Assembly (NCBI GenBank): GCA_018817585.1
Contig: JAHITE010000080.1
Span: 5,774-69,773, forward strand
Length of the DNA stretch: 64,000 nucleotides
Reading direction: 5' to 3'
Source: Candidatus Omnitrophota bacterium
GTDB lineage: Bacteria; Omnitrophota; Gorgyraeia; B26-G9
Shown: in pieces, positions 1 to 9,940 of the stretch
Numbering within the stretch: the first letter of the stretch is position 1
Layout: the number at the start of each line of letters is the position of its first letter
Made by a program: the position numbers and the translations under genes
Notes under the pieces: generated by a model
Databases searched by the model: none
Seen by the model: only the letters and a program-made list of their open reading frames with translations
What the model was told of the DNA's origin: nothing

Positions 1-1
1 G

Positions 2-802
<801 letters not shown>

Positions 803-823
803 ATTAATACAGGATAAAGCCTC

Positions 824-1495
824 ATGCTCAAACGCCTTGTGAAAATTATTATTGGTATTAGTTTATTGCCAGTGTGTTTTGGGGCAAGTAAAGCGTTTTA
901 TGAATTACTCCAAGCTTTAGGAACCATGGAGCAAACAATGCTTTATTTTCTTAGCGGCATTGGTTTATATATTCTATTATATTTCTCGGGATTAAAAATG
1001 AGTTTTTTATATGTCTTGGGACATGAAAGCACGCATGCTCTGCTTGCCTTGTTGTGCGGCGGAAAAGTTAAAGCATTTAAAGTCTCGGCACAGGGCGGCA
1101 GTGTGGCGGCCACAAAGAGTAATGTTTTGATCAGTCTGGGACCATATTGTTTGCCCATATACACAATTTTGATTATTGCCGGATTTTTTTGCGCGACGAT
1201 ATTCTATCCTTATATCAATGATTATCTCCAGATTTTAATTCTCCTGATTGGCTGTTCAATCGCATTTCACTTTTTAATGACAGTGCACAGCTTAAGAGTT
1301 GAACAGCCGGATATAACGGAAAATGGATATCTTTTTTCTTTAACTTTGATTTATTTGATTAATCTGAGTATTATTGCTTTACTCTTAGGCGGATTGTTTA
1401 AACAAATAAACATTCTACTTTTTTTTAGACAAACCGGAATATATACCAAAAGCTCGGCAATCTTTTTGTGGGAAAAGCTTCAAAGTTTTAAATAA
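824..1495 (+). CDS. Membrane protein with HExxH motif (peptidase M50B-like)
   Basis: Several hydrophobic helices, LGHESTHALL zinc motif, followed by ISLGPY. Confidence 0.7.
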   Translation: MLKRLVKIIIGISLLPVCFGASKAFYELLQALGTMEQTMLYFLSGIGLYILLYFSGLKMSFLYVLGHESTHALLALLCGGKVKAFKVSAQGGSVAATKSNVLISLGPYCLPIYTILIIAGFFCATIFYPYINDYLQILILLIGCSIAFHFLMTVHSLRVEQPDITENGYLFSLTLIYLINLSIIALLLGGLFKQINILLFFRQTGIYTKSSAIFLWEKLQSFK

Positions 1496-2864
1496 AATCC
1501 AGGGGATCAATCCCTATGGTTGAGGGCTCAACAACTTCTTCAATATTTCTTCCCGTATTGTTTTGCTCATTATCCGACAAATCAATTAATAAAGGATCAG
1601 CTAATAATTGTCCACTGGCATCGATTATTATTTTTACCTGAGGCAGCAGCAAGGCCGTAGGACGCGCTCTTTTGGTAATCGCGAATTCCCTGGTATTTAA
1701 GCGCACTAAACTGCCAGGAGGGTATACCCCCATCATCTGCACAAAGATTTTAAAAAATGCCGGATCAAAATCACAGCCAATCAACCGCATCATAAATGCT
1801 AAAGCTTTATCACAAGGCAAAGAATTTTTATATGGCCGCCTGCTGGTGATCGCGTCATAAATGTCACAGATATTAACAATTAAAGATAGTGGATGCAAAG
1901 GCGCGAGATGCTGGATTCGCGGATATCCACTCAAATCGTACTTCATATGATGCTGCGAAGCAATAATAATTGAAAGTTCATCCATGGTTGCCTGCTGTTC
2001 CAAAATCTGCGCGCCCAATAAAGGATGCTGCTGCATTAACTGCCATTCATCGGGATTTAGTTTGTCGGGTTTATTTAATATTTTTAACGGAATCTTTGTT
2101 TTTCCAATATCATGCAAAATCGCGGCTCTAGCCAGACGATTGAGCAGTAAAGGATCCTCAATCACTGTTGTTGCTAACGCAACTGAAAGAATCGCCACAT
2201 TAGTTGAATGGGTAAAAGTGTATTCATCATAACTGCGCAGAGCCGCTAACGCTAAACTAGAGCAGCTGTCTTGGGCAATCAAGCTGGTAATATCCTGGGC
2301 AACTTTATCCACAACATCTAAAGGTAAAACCTTGCCAGCCTGGATTGCTGAATAAATAAGCTTATTGGCTTCAATGCTGCCCCCATAAACTTTATTTGCT
2401 TCCAACAAAGTATGTTTGTTATCTTCTTTTTTATCCCGCTTTTTTTCCACAATAATGCTCGCGATATTAGCTTTACCCAACTCACTTTGTAATCCTTCAG
2501 CATTCAAATGTTTAATTTTATCAGAGAGCATTTGGACAAAAAGACTTAAGTTCTGCGGACTTAAGCCAATTTTAAAACAAATACATTTAATTGCTTTTGA
2601 CTCCAGCATTTGGGCTACTTTTTCCACAATATGTTTTATTTCATACAAAGGGATTCCTTCATAGGCAAATTGGCCTTCTAGAATGTCTAGATAAATTTCC
2701 GGCAGAATATTAAAAGCTTCTTTTAAAGCAGCTAACGTTTGATGGGTTTGGGCAACAACATTCGGATGGTGTGGTGGATATAAACCGCTTTCAGTGAGTA
2801 AAAGGGAAAAGTTTTTCACGAAAACCTTAACCAGCTGTTTTATAATCGCTTGATCCATTAGCAT
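1488..2864 (-). CDS. HD-GYP domain c-di-GMP phosphodiesterase-like protein
   Basis: DEYTFTHS, LHDIGK, HHMKYDLSGYP, DIYDAITSRRPYK. The start may be the ATG at 2858. Confidence 0.9.
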   Translation of the reverse strand: MLMDQAIIKQLVKVFVKNFSLLLTESGLYPPHHPNVVAQTHQTLAALKEAFNILPEIYLDILEGQFAYEGIPLYEIKHIVEKVAQMLESKAIKCICFKIGLSPQNLSLFVQMLSDKIKHLNAEGLQSELGKANIASIIVEKKRDKKEDNKHTLLEANKVYGGSIEANKLIYSAIQAGKVLPLDVVDKVAQDITSLIAQDSCSSLALAALRSYDEYTFTHSTNVAILSVALATTVIEDPLLLNRLARAAILHDIGKTKIPLKILNKPDKLNPDEWQLMQQHPLLGAQILEQQATMDELSIIIASQHHMKYDLSGYPRIQHLAPLHPLSLIVNICDIYDAITSRRPYKNSLPCDKALAFMMRLIGCDFDPAFFKIFVQMMGVYPPGSLVRLNTREFAITKRARPTALLLPQVKIIIDASGQLLADPLLIDLSDNEQNNTGRNIEEVVEPSTIGIDPLDFI

Positions 2865-2898
2865 CCCTCAATCAATGTTTGGATTTTTTTAACTTATT

Positions 2899-5094
2899 TT
2901 ATTTGTTTTGTAATTCTTTGAGCTCAATTTTCGCGAAAACACGCAAAGCCTTAGGTTCAGCCGGGAAAAACAGTATTTTGCGTTTATGCTTAATTTCCTT
3001 TAGCACGCTGATTGTTAGTTCCTTGTCCAAACTGCGCAAAGATTTTAAAGCCGCAACGCGGATATCAATATTTAACAGCTCATTATCGCACATAGCCTCC
3101 TGTCCACGGGCAATCAAAGCAATGGTGGAACGCACTTCTTTATATCTAAAACCAGCTAAATATTCAATGCAGACAATGCGCAAAGCAATGAGCTTATGCC
3201 CCAAAATTTGCAAGAGCATGTTTAAAGCCGCGTGTGATTTGCGGTTGGCAATCAGCTTTAAAGCTCGTTGCGCTAAAATAATATTTTCATGAAACAATAT
3301 CGGCCAGACCAAAGGCAGCGCGGCATCATCATTAATTAGCTGCATTAATTCCAGTAAACGTAAAATGCTGTTGGTTGGCTCCTTGCATAAATCGATGTTT
3401 AATTTTAAAGCAGCAGTGCTATATTGCTCTAGAATAACTTGTTTAATTATTGTATCTTTGGATAAGTCACCTTTTTGCGTGTATAGTCTAAGGAGTAAGG
3501 CGATCAGTCTGTGTGAAAACAGGATAAATAAATCTTGTAAACAAAGTTTGGTTTTTGTTTCGGAATAAGTTTTAGTCATTTCTAAGATAAATTTTTCAAT
3601 CAGTGCTTCGGGAAAATGCTCCAAAGCATCCGCGATAAATAGTTTGTGCTCAGTAGTGATTAAAGACTCTGGTTTAAGTTGTTCCGCGAAAAAGTTAAAG
3701 GATTGACTGCTTTGCTCCAGGTCAGAACCGTGTAAAATACTTTTGGTTATTTGCAGGCATTTATCCAGCAAATCATTAAACACGGGGGTTTCTAATGGGT
3801 CAGACAATAAAGCGTGCAGGATTTCCAGATGTGCTGGAATCTCAGAATATTCTTCGATATATTTTTTTAAAATATCTTTTTCAAAGTGTACGGTTTTTAA
3901 TACATTTAAACCATCAATAATGTCGATTTTTTCTTCAGAGGTTATGGCGCCTAAAGCCAGGTCCACATTATCTTCCAGAGAAAGGCCAGGAGCAAAAGCC
4001 GAACAGATGTCATTTAAAATCGAAGAGGTTTTATCGGAATGCTCTAATCCGGTTTGCAGGGCCTGCTTGAAAGCCGGAAGAAAATTTAAAAAAGCGCTGC
4101 GGTCAATAAACACTCTGCTTAAGACATGTTTGGTATGCGCTATAATACTGAAAGTTTGATTTGATTCAGCGATTTTTTTAACAAACAATTTCGCGGTTTG
4201 CCCGGGGCTCATTTGTTCAAGTAGATAATTAGCGGCTTGCGTGTATTGGAGGATTTCTGCGTCGGGATCTTCAAATACCAAATCAAATAATGTTTCATTG
4301 CCGAACGCGGCAATTAAATCTTTTAAGATTGTATGGATTTCTTCTTCTTCAGAAAGTTCCAATGTGGTAATCGCGATTTTAATTTTATTTAGAATTTTAA
4401 GAATTAACTGGTTTTCACCCAGAGCAGAGGTTTGTTTTCTAATACTAAACTGCGAGGCAATTTTAATCAATTCGCAGACCAGTTGTGACTCTTGAAGCAA
4501 TTCATATAGAAAATGAGTTTGTTCAGAATCTAAAAAAGGCATCTCGTCGTCAGTAAAATAACGAAAGATAATACTGTTGGTTAAACTCAGCAAGCGCTCC
4601 TGATCCAGGGTGGAGTGTTTGCTGGAATAATATTCAATAATCCGAATTCCTTTGGAGCCTTTTTGAATTAAAATTTTACCCGCTCCACCCAAAGACGATA
4701 TTTTGCTGGTTTCAAAATTAAAGATTTCTACTAAAAGATCAATGTCAGTTAAGTTGGTGGCTGGATTGAAAATGATTTGGCGGATATAACGTTTTTGCAT
4801 TTCTTCAATAAAATCATCAATCCCCGGCAGCTTTTGATTATCCAAATGAATATCCAGAATATAAAGATTATTTTCATAGATGCGGAATACCGCGATTTGT
4901 TTTTGCGCGATAACTTCCTGAAGGGTTGTGTAGAATTTTTCTACAACTTGACTGAGCATTTGATGTCCGCGCGGATAGAGATGGACTGCTTTTAGCATGC
5001 CGAATAAACTCGCCGCGATTTGGCTGGCAAGTTTTATTTCCGCGGCAGTGTGTTCATGTTTATTCTGAGCTGTGTTTTGATCCATAAAAGGCAT
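2899..5094 (-). CDS. Large alpha-helical protein with C-terminal HEAT-like repeats
   Basis: 731-aa ORF with C-terminal HEAT-like segments (ALRIVCIEYLA, IRVAALKSL). It lies directly upstream of the HD-GYP gene on the same strand. Confidence 0.7.
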   Translation of the reverse strand: MPFMDQNTAQNKHEHTAAEIKLASQIAASLFGMLKAVHLYPRGHQMLSQVVEKFYTTLQEVIAQKQIAVFRIYENNLYILDIHLDNQKLPGIDDFIEEMQKRYIRQIIFNPATNLTDIDLLVEIFNFETSKISSLGGAGKILIQKGSKGIRIIEYYSSKHSTLDQERLLSLTNSIIFRYFTDDEMPFLDSEQTHFLYELLQESQLVCELIKIASQFSIRKQTSALGENQLILKILNKIKIAITTLELSEEEEIHTILKDLIAAFGNETLFDLVFEDPDAEILQYTQAANYLLEQMSPGQTAKLFVKKIAESNQTFSIIAHTKHVLSRVFIDRSAFLNFLPAFKQALQTGLEHSDKTSSILNDICSAFAPGLSLEDNVDLALGAITSEEKIDIIDGLNVLKTVHFEKDILKKYIEEYSEIPAHLEILHALLSDPLETPVFNDLLDKCLQITKSILHGSDLEQSSQSFNFFAEQLKPESLITTEHKLFIADALEHFPEALIEKFILEMTKTYSETKTKLCLQDLFILFSHRLIALLLRLYTQKGDLSKDTIIKQVILEQYSTAALKLNIDLCKEPTNSILRLLELMQLINDDAALPLVWPILFHENIILAQRALKLIANRKSHAALNMLLQILGHKLIALRIVCIEYLAGFRYKEVRSTIALIARGQEAMCDNELLNIDIRVAALKSLRSLDKELTISVLKEIKHKRKILFFPAEPKALRVFAKIELKELQNK

Positions 5095-5750
5095 CCCCTA
5101 ATCAGGTTAATATTATAGCAAATAATATTAAATGAATAAAGGAAAAAAGCGCCGCTTGATTCAGCCTGATATTGTGGAGAGAGATGATCTATAAAAAATG
5201 GTCTTGACATTGGGGAGAGGCATAGAGCGTCTAAAGTAGTAAATTCTTTTTCAAGCCCTTCTTGGCCAATAATGCCAAATTACTCACTTGTTCCTCTGTA
5301 ATATTGCTCATAGTCAAAACTACTTTAATAACAGCATGTTACCTCTGTTACTACATATATAGCCATAAGTTTGGAGATATAGGAAGTTTATTGGCGTAAT
5401 AAATAGGGGCAAAATAAGAGGAGAAAAGATGGCAAAGATTATACACGTAGTTTACAAGAAGGGAAAATGCTAATCATCCAAAGGCAAAGACTTTAAGAAA
5501 AAACTGGATGATATTCAAGCCTGAAAATACGAATAGTGAAGGGGAAAAGATTGTTTTCCCCTATCGGCGTGCTGGAACTTCCTGCTATGAACCAGAGCAT
5601 AGCTCGATTCATGGTTAGCGCAAGGAGGGAAACATAAGGGTTCCTCTTTAAGGAGTGAGTGGCCCTGTATTTCAAGTGAAACGATACGACAGGTTTGGGG
5701 GAAGCGAAAGTCCTCGCAGATTGTAAACAAGGGACAGCGACTAGTTTTTA

Positions 5751-5779
5751 TTGACAACAACATAGGTTATTTGTATGAT
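5751..5779 (+). promoter_or_regulatory. Sigma70-type promoter of the transposase, probably leaderless mRNA
   Basis: TTGACA (5751-5756), 17 bp, TATGAT (5774-5779). The ATG at 5786 is at the expected +1 and has no SD sequence. Confidence 0.65.
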
Positions 5780-5785
5780 GGTTGT

Positions 5786-6460
5786 ATGCCAAGAATAGCC
5801 AGAGTAGTTGTGAAAGATTGCCCGCATCATATTACCCAGCGAGGTAATTATAAACAAATAACTTTTTCTGAAGACAGTGATTATCAGCGATATCTGGAAT
5901 TGATAAAAGAATATAGCGATAAAAATAAACTGTTGATAATCAGTTATTGTTTAATGCCCAACCATGTGCATTTCATTGCAGTTCCTATAAATCAGGATTC
6001 TTTTGCCAGAACGTTTAATTCGGCGCATATGAGGTATTCTCAATATTATAATAAGAAGAATGGAGTCAGTGGTCATTTATGGCAGGGAAGATTTTATTCT
6101 TGTGCGTTGGACGAGAAGCATTTATATGAGGCAGTAAGATATGTCGAAAATAATCCGGTAAGGGCCGGTTTGGTGATGAGTGCGAAAGATTGGAAATACA
6201 GTAGTGCAAAAGCGCATGGATCAGGCAACAGTAGCTTAGGAGAGTTAACGTTATTAAAGATTAACAGGTATGTTCAGGTAGCAGATTGGGATAAATATTT
6301 GAATGAAAGAACAGATGGGGCAGTAGTAGAATTAATTAAAGGAAATACGTTGACGGGAAGACCCTCTGGTAGTTCAAGTTTCGTTCGGAAATTGGAGCAG
6401 GTGTTTGGAATGAGGTTGACTCCTTTGTCAGAAGGGCGGCCCAAAAAGGCTAAAAACTAG
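5786..6460 (+). CDS. REP-associated tyrosine transposase-like (Y1_Tnp, HUH family)
   Basis: HHITQRGN, HUH motif MPNHVHF, HLWQGRFYS, catalytic RYVENNPVRAGL. Confidence 0.92.
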   Translation: MPRIARVVVKDCPHHITQRGNYKQITFSEDSDYQRYLELIKEYSDKNKLLIISYCLMPNHVHFIAVPINQDSFARTFNSAHMRYSQYYNKKNGVSGHLWQGRFYSCALDEKHLYEAVRYVENNPVRAGLVMSAKDWKYSSAKAHGSGNSSLGELTLLKINRYVQVADWDKYLNERTDGAVVELIKGNTLTGRPSGSSSFVRKLEQVFGMRLTPLSEGRPKKAKN

Positions 6461-6501
6461 TCGCTGTCCCTAGTTATGGGGCAGAAGAAAGGGGATAGAT
6501 T

Positions 6502-9500
6502 ATGAGGAAAATATTGTTTGCTTGTTTAGGATTAATGATCGGAGTGTTAAGCATTATACCGTGTGTTGGGGCAAAAGAAGTGGATATGTGTATTGCTTCT
6601 AAAACAATGTGTATGCCCAGCTATGTGGTACAGGAGGCTGCTTACATTGGTAAGGTAGAAGATGCTACTGTGTTTGTGGATACAAAATTAAAGATTGAAG
6701 TTTTAGCTGAGCAGCAGAGTAGCGTTCCTTTGTTTACTCAGGATGTGGCAATGATTAAAACCGCTTTACCTAAAGGCGTATTGCTGCTGCAGCGAGAAGG
6801 CAGGTATAATCTGCTTTTTCCGGGTAAAGGCAGTTATTCTGTTGGACTGCAATTCACCGCCTTGGTTAATCAGAAAAGTGATCGTAATATGCTGAATCTT
6901 GAGGTATTTCCGTCAGCGATTTCCACATTACAATTGGTGTTCGAGGGGATTGATCTGGATATTCAAAGCAGTCCGGCAATGAGCACGCAGATAAAAGCCA
7001 AAGGTAAAAACACGGAATTTACAGCTTATTTGGGAGCGGCTAAACAGATTGAAGTGAGTTGGTTTGCCAAGCCTACGGCTTTAGCCAAAGCAGATCTTTT
7101 GTTTAATTCAGAGAATAATACTCTGATTACTATATCCTCTGGCGTGATTAATACCCGGACTTTTTTAAATTACAAAGTTATTCAGGGGAAACTTTCTCAA
7201 TTTAATGTGTCTTTGCCGGAAAATATGAATCTGTTGACTGTTAAAGGCGAAAACCTGAAAAACTGGACATTAAAAAAAGAGAAGAATAAGCAGATTCTTA
7301 GCGTGGAATTAACAAAGGAAATCTCCGATACATATCAATTAGTGCTGGACGCGGAAGAAATAAAAGATAAGATTGAAGGTAATTATAGCACGTCGGATAT
7401 TATTTCTTTAGACTCTGAAAGGGAAAATGGCTATTACGCGTTTAAGGTAAAAGATGATTATAAACTGCGTTCTTTGCAGCGCGATGGAGTTAGTCAGCTG
7501 AATATCGCGGAATTACCGCAACAGCTAAAAGATGCCGGAGACGGCGAAGCAAATATTTCTTTAGCGTATCGTTTTTTACGTGATCCTAAAGAACTGATGA
7601 TTAATATTGAGAAAACAATGCCGGAAATATCCGCCCGGAATAATGTTTTTCTTGATGTGTCAGAAGAAGTAATGCGGCTGCTGATTATGACTGATTATAA
7701 GATTGAGAAAGCAGGGGTGTTTAATTTTAATCTGGAATTGCCCGGCGATATGGATGTTATTGATGTTAAAGGTTTAAATATTGAAAACTGGAAAGTAAAT
7801 CAAAAAGGGAATAGGCAGGATCTGGAAATCCAGCTGCGCACTAAGGCCATCGGGGATTATCGCTTATTAGTTAAGCTGGAAAAGCCGGTAAAAGATATTT
7901 ATCAGGATATTCAGATGCCGCAGGTAAATGTTTTAAATGTGGATAAGCTGACGGGTTTTATTGGTGTGGCTTGCGAGAGCAGTATTAATCTTAAAACAAA
8001 ACACCGCGGTAAGCTTACGGAAACAGCTTTATCAGATTTAATCGAGATTCCCGGGGAGAAAATCTATCCGAACTTAGCGTATAAGTTTATTACCCAGCCT
8101 TATGAACTGCAGCTGGCAGTAGAAAAGGTTGATCCGCGGGTAATGGCGGATGTCTTTACCTTTTTATCAGTGGGTGAAGGTTTGGTCCTGGTTAATTCAG
8201 CGGTAACATTTGATGTTTTATTTGCCGGAGTTGATCAGTTTGAAATTGTCTTACCTAATGATGTCAGCGGAGTGGATATCATGGGACAGGGAATTAAAGC
8301 CAAAGCAGAACGTTTAGAAGAAATGGATGTAAACGGTCAGAAGAAAAAAGTAAAAATATATACGATTTCTTTACATTCTAAAGTAAAGGGCAAGTATAAT
8401 CTTTACTGTGCCTATGAAAAAGTATTAAAAAATCTTTCGGAAAAAACAGAAATGCCGGCATTTCAGGTTCTTGGGGTCGAACGTCAGACCGGCAGTGTGG
8501 CCATTGGTCCAAGGGCAAATGTGGAAATTGAATTAGTTAATATTGACGGGGCCAGCCAGGTAGATGTTAAGGAATTACCGCAGGATAAACTTGCCGGCGC
8601 GGATATTCCGATATTATACGCTTTACAATATGTCCGCTATCCATATAGCGTGGGCTTAGACATTAAAAAGCACGAAGATGTCGCGGTATTGGTGGCGGTA
8701 GTTGAAGCAGCAAATATTACAACTGTTTTAGGTAAAGACGGGCAGATTATTGTCAGCGCGAAGTATCAGATTAAAAACAGAACAAAACAGTATTTAGACA
8801 TAGCTTTGCCTAAAAATGTGGAAATCTGGAGCACTTTTGTTGACGGCAAAGCGGTAAAACCCGCGAAAACCGAAGAAAATAAAATATTATTACCCTTGGT
8901 TAAGTATGAAGAAAAAGACCGCAGTTTTCCTGTGGAAATAATTTATGAAGTTAAGCGTTCTAAATTTTTCCTGTTTGGCAGGATAAATCTTACTGCGCCG
9001 CAGTTTGATATTCCGCTGACAAATGTTACCTGGGATGTGTATATGCCGTTTGGTTATAATTATTTTAATCTTAGCGGTAATCTGGAACCAGGTACAAGAG
9101 TTTTTGCTCAGGGCAGATGGAGGCAGCCGCAGGAACATATGGATAAAAGGATTATTGGCGGACTTAATGTTGAAAAGCTTGGGAGAGACATGCCCGCCAG
9201 GTCGCAAGAACTAATGGACTATGAGACCTGCGCGGATACATCGTTTTGTGATTTAAAAAAAGAAGCCTATACGCAGAAGCCCGCGCCAGAAATCTGGCAG
9301 AAAAAAGACCAGACATTTGTCTCAAATATAAATACTCAGACCGCGCGTTATAATCAGCAGTTAGCTCCGTCAAAAACCAAGCAAGTGGCAACCAAAGGCA
9401 GACAAAAAGGGGTATTACCGATTCATATTACCATTCCGACTGGAGGCAAACTCTATACATTTACCAAATTAATCAGCCGGGAGCAGCTAAAGATACATGC

Positions 9501-9633
9501 TTTTTATACTAAGAAATCAGGCAGACTATTGTTTTTGATTATTTTGTTCGCGGGCATCGCAATAATTATCCGCTATAAACAAAATGTAATAAAAACAATC
9601 CAAAATCTCAGCAGAAAAAACAAGCCGGAATAA
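6502..9633 (+). CDS. Large exported protein with internal repeats and C-terminal membrane anchor, function unknown
   Basis: Signal peptide, three to four beta-rich repeats of about 175 aa, and a C-terminal hydrophobic helix with basic tail. Confidence 0.8.
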   Translation: MRKILFACLGLMIGVLSIIPCVGAKEVDMCIASKTMCMPSYVVQEAAYIGKVEDATVFVDTKLKIEVLAEQQSSVPLFTQDVAMIKTALPKGVLLLQREGRYNLLFPGKGSYSVGLQFTALVNQKSDRNMLNLEVFPSAISTLQLVFEGIDLDIQSSPAMSTQIKAKGKNTEFTAYLGAAKQIEVSWFAKPTALAKADLLFNSENNTLITISSGVINTRTFLNYKVIQGKLSQFNVSLPENMNLLTVKGENLKNWTLKKEKNKQILSVELTKEISDTYQLVLDAEEIKDKIEGNYSTSDIISLDSERENGYYAFKVKDDYKLRSLQRDGVSQLNIAELPQQLKDAGDGEANISLAYRFLRDPKELMINIEKTMPEISARNNVFLDVSEEVMRLLIMTDYKIEKAGVFNFNLELPGDMDVIDVKGLNIENWKVNQKGNRQDLEIQLRTKAIGDYRLLVKLEKPVKDIYQDIQMPQVNVLNVDKLTGFIGVACESSINLKTKHRGKLTETALSDLIEIPGEKIYPNLAYKFITQPYELQLAVEKVDPRVMADVFTFLSVGEGLVLVNSAVTFDVLFAGVDQFEIVLPNDVSGVDIMGQGIKAKAERLEEMDVNGQKKKVKIYTISLHSKVKGKYNLYCAYEKVLKNLSEKTEMPAFQVLGVERQTGSVAIGPRANVEIELVNIDGASQVDVKELPQDKLAGADIPILYALQYVRYPYSVGLDIKKHEDVAVLVAVVEAANITTVLGKDGQIIVSAKYQIKNRTKQYLDIALPKNVEIWSTFVDGKAVKPAKTEENKILLPLVKYEEKDRSFPVEIIYEVKRSKFFLFGRINLTAPQFDIPLTNVTWDVYMPFGYNYFNLSGNLEPGTRVFAQGRWRQPQEHMDKRIIGGLNVEKLGRDMPARSQELMDYETCADTSFCDLKKEAYTQKPAPEIWQKKDQTFVSNINTQTARYNQQLAPSKTKQVATKGRQKGVLPIHITIPTGGKLYTFTKLISREQLKIHAFYTKKSGRLLFLIILFAGIAIIIRYKQNVIKTIQNLSRKNKPE

Positions 9634-9656
9634 GCAAAACATTAATCGCGGGTATT

Positions 9657-9697
9657 TAAAACAGCCTTTGCTGGTAAATTACGCAAAGGCTGTTTTA
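9657..9697 (+). terminator. Intrinsic terminator, possibly bidirectional
   Basis: TAAAACAGCCTTTGC ... GCAAAGGCTGTTTTA 15-bp stem right after the 6502-9633 gene. Confidence 0.75.
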
Positions 9698-9940
9698 CTT
9701 TAATAGCTGAATATTTAGGAGATGATTTGAATATTTAGCATGTGGAAGCATGTGGATATAATAGATTTGGCTTGACATTTGCTATAAATCATTTGCTATA
9801 AATCTTCTTGCCCGGGGTGTTATAAAGAGTTATACTATTTACTAAAGAAAAACGCCACGGAAGGTGTCAGCGGAGTTTTTTTGCTTTAAAGCGGGGAATG
9901 TTTTTAGGAATTATTTTCTTTGCGCAAAATAATATATAAT

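Larger units (their letters stand above)
5730..6471 (+). mobile_element. Y1 (RAYT/IS200-like) transposase unit bounded by perfect 21-bp inverted repeats
   Basis: AGGGACAGCGACTAGTTTTTA at 5730-5750 and its exact reverse complement at 6451-6471 enclose the transposase gene. Confidence 0.8.

Noticed and set aside
5231-5473. Tiny ORFs MSNITEEQVSNLALLAKK (minus strand, faintly GatC-like) and MAKIIHVVYKKGKC (plus strand, good RBS)
   Set aside because: Too short to assign. They may be remnants but I cannot support a call.
5553-5716. Resemblance to 6S RNA or a group II intron domain I fragment
   Set aside because: Only scattered short word matches, with no GUGCG start, no domain V and no clear 6S central bubble. 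It is kept only as an unidentified structured candidate.
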